Below, one piece after another: positions 40,001-44,647 of a stretch of 64,000 nucleotides of DNA. Source of the stretch: Candidatus Omnitrophota bacterium (GTDB lineage: Bacteria; Omnitrophota; Gorgyraeia; Zapsychrales; Fredricksoniimonadaceae). Every line of letters begins with the position of its first letter. The first letter of the stretch is position 1. Made by a program: the position numbers and the translations under genes. The stretch is taken from contig JBGAJA010000003.1 of assembly GCA_044225175.1 (NCBI GenBank), forward strand, positions 197,428 through 261,427. The letters run 5' to 3'. Under the pieces are notes generated by a model, which ran no database searches, was not told the DNA's origin, and saw only the letters and a program-made list of their open reading frames with translations.

Positions 40001-40290
40001 AAGCTCCAGTAGTTAAAGAGGAATTAGGTCAGATTTCAAATCCAGCTATGATTAGTGAAGATAGAGAAGAAATGTCGCAATTATTAAGAGTGACGGAAAC
40101 ATCGCCAGGGGGTATCGATTTAAATACCACTGATATGGGTATGGCAGTGACAAAAGATGGCTCTGGTGTTGATATGTCTGCCTTCGGCGGAAATCCAGCC
40201 ATGTTAGAACGTATCAAGGCCCAAGGGATCTTTTCAGCAGAACCAATCATTATTGAAATTACCCCTGTAACCGCTTTAATGTACGAATAG
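37066..40290 (+). CDS. Large secreted modular protein L2
   Basis: Start ATG 37066 after AAGGA (MFKRLIS..., aligns with paralog starts); conserved N- and C-domains; cargo homologous to L3. Confidence 0.9.
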   Translation: MFKRLISILLILTFCNETFMVSPAIALEGNIQLPVAGSMVNLSPAFEPVLIKGLTIHKENPFLFDFIVDTGNSGLSLETQHAASLRKESERLIKYFFACLTIPENDLWVNLSPYEKQRMVPEALGQTALGRDLLAQDYILKQLTASLIYPERELGKEFWNRVYAKAQAMYGPNVQIPVNTFNKVWILADKASVHERGQSVFVVDGHLKVMLEEDYLAVDKSLQPTRGYVQNKINRNVSPSTLPSDVVLNTKAPQGNPVNAIGSQIIRDIILPEIEKEVNEGKNFATLRQIFNSLILATWYKNNLKDSILNQLYSDKNIVKGINLSDSSIKEKIYQQYLQAYKKGVFNYIKDDPQASGQNIPRKYFSGGFGAKKGFLSKISSAKAHHPTGRDYVMKVGLDVQGSANLFDQAQIARALHSLRVFLMGSIVASGAISNLATGYQQPVIQETSENLSDHPLKTPNGNIHIFPSLHASNKSREKLEKALKTFDEFYKQQNKDRKQFTEAAKVAIGAIDQFLNDNSYVLEDQKKQVPDLIGKITNNHIKYLSPEGVPVEMDGVTMQEMIMKANNEYTKLEEQLEPLKNLGWKGSVLNVYSLSRGTIAFLCRTYGDFLIQQEVEIFPVDLLMWGNMGEKMEVEFMMYGFTEEEAQNESLQLKGDARNRFTAFRVNNGSQWNRITHKNVSFEPPLGNKDIIIGNGHTVTQLEENSPKVKTTLQGEIKRQQLRPNSEIDSTIELDRDVLMLQLNADPVFKYLYGEVTKEDLTNWSRNGTVYQPLIEIIKEDTLGPMTKLSKLSKDPKTIADPSNLKFIFFNSPKNNEFGIKKGNLFVYRVGSRVYVLVPLDAFQENVNDAHKMTFLLKCALLALVDQDKGLTLLEQEIKAMRMFRDMLLKYDPNSSRRTIEVYQELAARFQSLDNNIKSIEEYIDWSFTKVDVSKLRYYESKRDEEDPKIIVVQLFDPQTVNQDGKATFINVKIVEGEAPVVKEELGQISNPAMISEDREEMSQLLRVTETSPGGIDLNTTDMGMAVTKDGSGVDMSAFGGNPAMLERIKAQGIFSAEPIIIEITPVTALMYE
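37295..37321. repeat. In-frame perfect 26-bp REP-like palindrome in L2
   Basis: TAGAGACGCAGCA/TGCTGCGTCTCTA followed by C. Confidence 0.85.
37726..37840. repeat. In-frame structured insertion in L2, absent from the paralogs
   Basis: About 30 extra codons; hairpin GGGGATATGTTC...GAACGTGTCCCC; GAAA loops (CGAAAG, GGGAAACCC). Confidence 0.55.
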
Positions 40291-40355
40291 CCGCCTAATA
40301 TCTTATTTAAGAAGGATTTTGGGCTCTTTTTAAAAAAGATTCGAATGACCTCTAA

Positions 40356-40384
40356 TTGTCTTTTTCAACTTTTTGGTATATACT
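40356..40384 (+). promoter_or_regulatory. sigma70-type promoter of S2
   Basis: TTGTCT-17-TATACT. Confidence 0.6.
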
Positions 40385-40441
40385 TTTTATGACTTGAGAT
40401 TTTTGTCTTTTAATTAATCATTACTAATGGGAGGGATAAAC

Positions 40442-40729
40442 TTGAAAAAAACAATACTAATGCTGGCTTTAACACTAAGTTTCACAGTACTAACTACATC
40501 ATTAAGCGTGGCCCTTCCGCCTCCAAAATGTCCTCCAGGATCTCATTTGGAACTTGTTGATGGTACACCTGTGTGTGTTCCTGATGGCGATGGTCAACCA
40601 CCCCCAACAGAATCACCAGATGAGGAGGGATTAGATGAGATGATCCCAGCTGATTATAATCAAAAGAGTTTCTTGGGGAAGTGTTGGGTTATTACTAAAG
40701 CTTTTATAAAAAGTTGCTTTGATAATTAA
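40442..40729 (+). CDS. Small secreted Cys/Pro/acidic protein S2
   Basis: GGGAGG RBS before TTG 40442 (alternative ATG 40427); signal peptide; CPPGSHLELVDGTPVCVPD. Confidence 0.85.
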   Translation: MKKTILMLALTLSFTVLTTSLSVALPPPKCPPGSHLELVDGTPVCVPDGDGQPPPTESPDEEGLDEMIPADYNQKSFLGKCWVITKAFIKSCFDN

Positions 40730-40763
40730 TGACTCGAAAAACATCTTAATAGGAGAATGTTTT

Positions 40764-40797
40764 AAGACCCTCTGTGATTACAGAGGGTCTTTTTTTT
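40764..40797 (+). terminator. Intrinsic terminator after S2
   Basis: AAGACCCTCTGT...ACAGAGGGTCTTTTTTTT. Confidence 0.85.
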
Positions 40798-40801
40798 GAA
40801 T

Positions 40802-40830
40802 TTGCAATGATGACATAGGCATGCTATCTT
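40802..40830 (+). promoter_or_regulatory. sigma70-type promoter of L3
   Basis: TTGCAA-17-TATCTT with extended TGn; same -10 as the L1 promoter. Confidence 0.55.
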
Positions 40831-40892
40831 TTAGCAGGCCTCAATCGTACCCATAGCATCTCTTTTTAAAGCAATTGAATATTGGGACAATT

Positions 40893-43800
40893 ATGTTTAA
40901 ACAGTTGATTGCTTTTCTAATCATTTTGACCTTCAGTACTTCCTCAATTTATGTGCCTCAGGCGCAAGCCATAGAGAAGCCATATCTTTTGTCTTTGCCT
41001 GTTCCAGGCACAATGGTCAATTCAAGCCCATCCTATGAACCTGCATTAATCAAGGGGTTGACCATTCATAAAGACAACCCATTTTTGTTTGATTTTATTG
41101 TGGATACGGGTAATTCTGGATTATCGTTAGAGACGACCGGCCGCTCGTCTCTACGCGAAGAATCTGACCGTTTAATTAAATATTTTTTCACCTGCCTGAC
41201 AGTTCCAGAAACAGACCTCTGGGTCAATTTGTCACCTTATGAGAAAGACCGTATTGTTCCTGAAGCATTGGGAGAAACGGCCTTAGGACGAGATTTGCTT
41301 GCCCAAGACTATATCCTTAAACAACTGACTGCATCGCTAATTTATCCCGAGAAAGACTTAGGCAAGGAGTTCTGGAGCCGTGTTTATGCCAAAGCACAAG
41401 CCATGTATGGCTCTAATGTTCAGATTCCAGTTAATACCTTTAATAAGGTATGGATCCTGGCAGACAAAGCAAGTGTTTATGAAAATGGCCAGAGCGTGTT
41501 TGTGGTTGACGGACATTTGAAAATTATGTTAGAAGAAGATTATTTGGCCCTTCAGAAGAACCACATTTCCTCTCCCCACAAGGGGAAGGAAACCAGTTCT
41601 ATCGGATCCCAAATCATCCGCGACATCGTCCTTCCTGAAATAGAAAAAGAAGTCAACCATGGCAAGAATTTCGCAACTCTACGACAAATTTTCAACTCTC
41701 TCATTCTAGCTAGCTGGTATAAGAAAAATCTCAAAGACTCTATTCTTAATCAGCTCTATTCTGATAAAAATACGGTTAAAGGCATTAATCTTTCAGATAT
41801 CTCAGTGAAAGACCAGATTTATCATCAATATCTTAAAGCTTATAAGAAGGGAGTATTTAACTATATTAAGGAAGACCCTTCGACTGACTCTCAGGGCAAG
41901 TCCCAAGCAATTTCCAGGAAATACTTCTCTGGTGGTTTTGGAGTAAGGAAAGATTTCTTAAGCAAGGCAAGTCCTGCTATGGCGGCCCAAAAACTCGGCC
42001 GTACAACAGGTCAAGATTATGCTATGAAGGTAAGGTTGAATGTAGAAGCCCCATCTAACTTATCAGATCAAGCACAAATAGCTGCTGCAATAAGATATCT
42101 CAGAGCATTTTTGATTGGATCGATATTATCCTCAGGATTTATTGAAAATAATGTGAATAGCTATCAACAGCCAGAAACTCTAGAAGCTACTTTCAAAGAA
42201 GCACAAAATGTTCCTGAATCCTCAGTTCAAACACCTAAAGGAGAAATTACTTTTTTCCCGGCTGATCATGTAAGTATGGATAGTATCGAAGAATTGGAAA
42301 AGGCTTTGAATTCTTTCGATAAGAATGAGGCTAATAAAGCCATTGATAAGTTCTCTACACAGAACAGAGCAATATTAGAGGGGCAGAGAAGTCAAGTCGA
42401 AGATATGATCGATAAGATTAAAAGAAATCATATCAAATACCTTTCACCAGAGGGAGTATCCGCAGATATGGAAGGGATGTCAATGCAAGAGGTGATCGCA
42501 CTGGCTCGCGAGCAATACACTACACTGGAAGCCCAATTAGAAAAATTAGGTCGTAAAGAAAGCGCTGAGGATCTTTATTTAGGAATAACTGGTCCTACTT
42601 CCTTTTTATGTTTGATGCATGGGGATGTCTTAATACAGCAGGGTGTTGAACTCTTTCCTATTGATTTGCCGATTTGGGGCAATATGGCGAGAGATATCAA
42701 AATAAAGCTTGAGAAACAGGGGATAACAGGAAAAGAAGCATGGGAAACAGCTTTTTCTCTTATGTTAACAAGTAGAAATAAGTTTATGGCGTACAGATTT
42801 TTCCAGGGACCACAAGGCAAAAAAGGTAGCTCTATGGGACCCTTTCACACAGGTGAGAAACCTGAAGGAGAGAATCCTCCTAGAATTGATTCGACCTTAC
42901 CGGGTGAAATTGAAAAACTAATTGAAAAATCAAAATCAAGCCCCGCCATTGAAATTGATCCGAAGGTTGAATCAGATCGTAAAGAACTTATTGCGCGTTT
43001 GAATGCTGACCCTGTATTTAATTTGCTTTATGGGGATGTAAACACAGAAAATATCAAATCATGGAGTAAGAATGGATTGCAGTATCAGCCTTTGATAGAC
43101 ATCGTGACTAAGTACACCTTGGATCCAATGAGTAAGGCATTCCAAATTTCTATCGCAGATCCTTCTAATTTAAGATTTGTATTCTTTGAAAGTCCTAAAA
43201 ATAATGAATTTGCAATGAAGAGAGGGCATCTTTTTACTTATAAAGTCGGCTCTCGCACGTACATCTTAATACCTTTAGATACTTTTCAAAAAGCCAGGGC
43301 AGCAGAAGCAGTAGCTTTCTTACTTAAAAGTGCCTTGGTAGCTTTAATGGATCAAGACAAGACAGTACCAGCAATGAAAAGAGACATAGATATTCTTACC
43401 TATTTTAGAGGAATCCTATCGAATTATGATAACAATCCTTCTTTTAAGGAGAGAAATTTAGAAACAAAAACAAGGTTTGAACTTATACAGAGTAATATAA
43501 GTGGTGTTGAACAGGCTATTCATAAGGATTTGCCGCAAGTTGATGTTGCAAAATTGCGATATTATGATTCTAAGCGTGATAAAAAGGACCCTACGGTTAT
43601 ATTTGCTCAATTCTTCGATCCACAAACTGTCACCAGGGATGGAAAAGTTCCCTTTATTAAAGTAAATATAATTGATAAGCCTGGATCAACAGTTACAGTC
43701 AAGCAAGAACCTGGTCAAATTAGCAATCCAGCGATGATTGGTGAAGAAGATATACAATCGAAAGTAACGCCAGGGGGTATTGATTTGAATACTACTGACA

Positions 43801-43976
43801 TGAGTATGGCCGTGACCAAGGATGCTGGAGGAGTCAAGATGAATCTGCCAGCCAGAGGCTGGTCCGCCTCCGGCGGAGATTCAGCCATGCTTGAGCGTAT
43901 CAAAGTTCAGGGGGTATTTTCGGCCACTCCTGTAATTATTGAAATTACACCTGTGAGTTCTTTAAGGTACAAATAA
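40893..43976 (+). CDS. Large secreted modular protein L3
   Basis: Start MFKQLIA at 40893; signal peptide AQA; conserved N- and C-domains; cargo homologous to L2. Confidence 0.9.
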   Translation: MFKQLIAFLIILTFSTSSIYVPQAQAIEKPYLLSLPVPGTMVNSSPSYEPALIKGLTIHKDNPFLFDFIVDTGNSGLSLETTGRSSLREESDRLIKYFFTCLTVPETDLWVNLSPYEKDRIVPEALGETALGRDLLAQDYILKQLTASLIYPEKDLGKEFWSRVYAKAQAMYGSNVQIPVNTFNKVWILADKASVYENGQSVFVVDGHLKIMLEEDYLALQKNHISSPHKGKETSSIGSQIIRDIVLPEIEKEVNHGKNFATLRQIFNSLILASWYKKNLKDSILNQLYSDKNTVKGINLSDISVKDQIYHQYLKAYKKGVFNYIKEDPSTDSQGKSQAISRKYFSGGFGVRKDFLSKASPAMAAQKLGRTTGQDYAMKVRLNVEAPSNLSDQAQIAAAIRYLRAFLIGSILSSGFIENNVNSYQQPETLEATFKEAQNVPESSVQTPKGEITFFPADHVSMDSIEELEKALNSFDKNEANKAIDKFSTQNRAILEGQRSQVEDMIDKIKRNHIKYLSPEGVSADMEGMSMQEVIALAREQYTTLEAQLEKLGRKESAEDLYLGITGPTSFLCLMHGDVLIQQGVELFPIDLPIWGNMARDIKIKLEKQGITGKEAWETAFSLMLTSRNKFMAYRFFQGPQGKKGSSMGPFHTGEKPEGENPPRIDSTLPGEIEKLIEKSKSSPAIEIDPKVESDRKELIARLNADPVFNLLYGDVNTENIKSWSKNGLQYQPLIDIVTKYTLDPMSKAFQISIADPSNLRFVFFESPKNNEFAMKRGHLFTYKVGSRTYILIPLDTFQKARAAEAVAFLLKSALVALMDQDKTVPAMKRDIDILTYFRGILSNYDNNPSFKERNLETKTRFELIQSNISGVEQAIHKDLPQVDVAKLRYYDSKRDKKDPTVIFAQFFDPQTVTRDGKVPFIKVNIIDKPGSTVTVKQEPGQISNPAMIGEEDIQSKVTPGGIDLNTTDMSMAVTKDAGGVKMNLPARGWSASGGDSAMLERIKVQGVFSATPVIIEITPVSSLRYK
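41128..41154. repeat. In-frame REP-like palindrome in L3
   Basis: TAGAGACGACCGG/CCGCTCGTCTCTA followed by C. Confidence 0.8.
43845..43877. repeat. In-frame double-hairpin element in the L3 C-domain (encodes LPARGWSASGG)
   Basis: CCAGCC-AGA-GGCTGG followed by TCCGCC-TCC-GGCGGA; absent in L1; half element at 40177-40191 in L2. Confidence 0.75.
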
Positions 43977-44200
43977 TGCTAAACCTCGATATTTCAAGGT
44001 GTTTTTACTCTTTTTAAAAAAAATTGGCATTCTCTAAATTTATAGTTTATACTTTTTGAAGTTTCACAGTAGTGCCCCTATTTTTCCCGTTTTGTTACAT
44101 CTTGATTTTTTTTGGTTCTTAAAGGAAGCGCTTACTCCAATAAAGAATGAATAAATCAAGAATTATTAAAGAAGTAACCCATCAATCAGAGGAGGGAAGT

Positions 44201-44500
44201 ATGTTGAAAAGAATGCTAGTAGTGTTGGTTTTAGCAGTAAGCTTCACATTTCTAACTACATTGCCTAGTTTTGCCCAACCGAGTAAGGGTTGTACTGCAG
44301 GTACTCATATGGAATTAATCGATGGTTATCCTGTGTGTGTTCCCGATAGTGATAATAATAATCCACCACCTCCACCAACACCTCCTCCTACACAAAATGA
44401 ACCACCAAGTGAATTAGATAAGCAGATTCTTAACTGCGGTTTGTTTGTCTGGGATTGTTATAAAAAGTGGGAAACATGGAAGTCCATTTTAGATGATTAA
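44201..44500 (+). CDS. Small secreted Cys/Pro/acidic protein S3
   Basis: GAGGAGG RBS before ATG 44201; signal peptide (SFA); CTAGTHMELIDGYPVCVPD; poly-Pro; aromatic C-terminus. Confidence 0.85.
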   Translation: MLKRMLVVLVLAVSFTFLTTLPSFAQPSKGCTAGTHMELIDGYPVCVPDSDNNNPPPPPTPPPTQNEPPSELDKQILNCGLFVWDCYKKWETWKSILDD

Positions 44501-44516
44501 AATTTGGTGTTATCTT

Positions 44517-44549
44517 AAGAACCCTGTACCATACGGTACAGGGTTTTTT
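44517..44549 (+). terminator. Intrinsic terminator after S3
   Basis: AACCCTGTACC-ATAC-GGTACAGGGTTTTTT. Confidence 0.85.
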
Positions 44550-44647
44550 ATTGCTTAATTTTCACCTTCCTTGGATTTGCTTTTCCACTATTCAGTCGAG
44601 TATACTTTTATCAGATCCTATTAATATGTATGTATACTAAGGTCCTA

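Noticed and set aside
365-43903. Similar antisense ORFs at 365-583, 2885-3103, 36960-37232, 40029-40250 and 43715-43903
   Set aside because: They are shadows of the conserved L-protein N- and C-domains; their similarity is explained by the sense genes.
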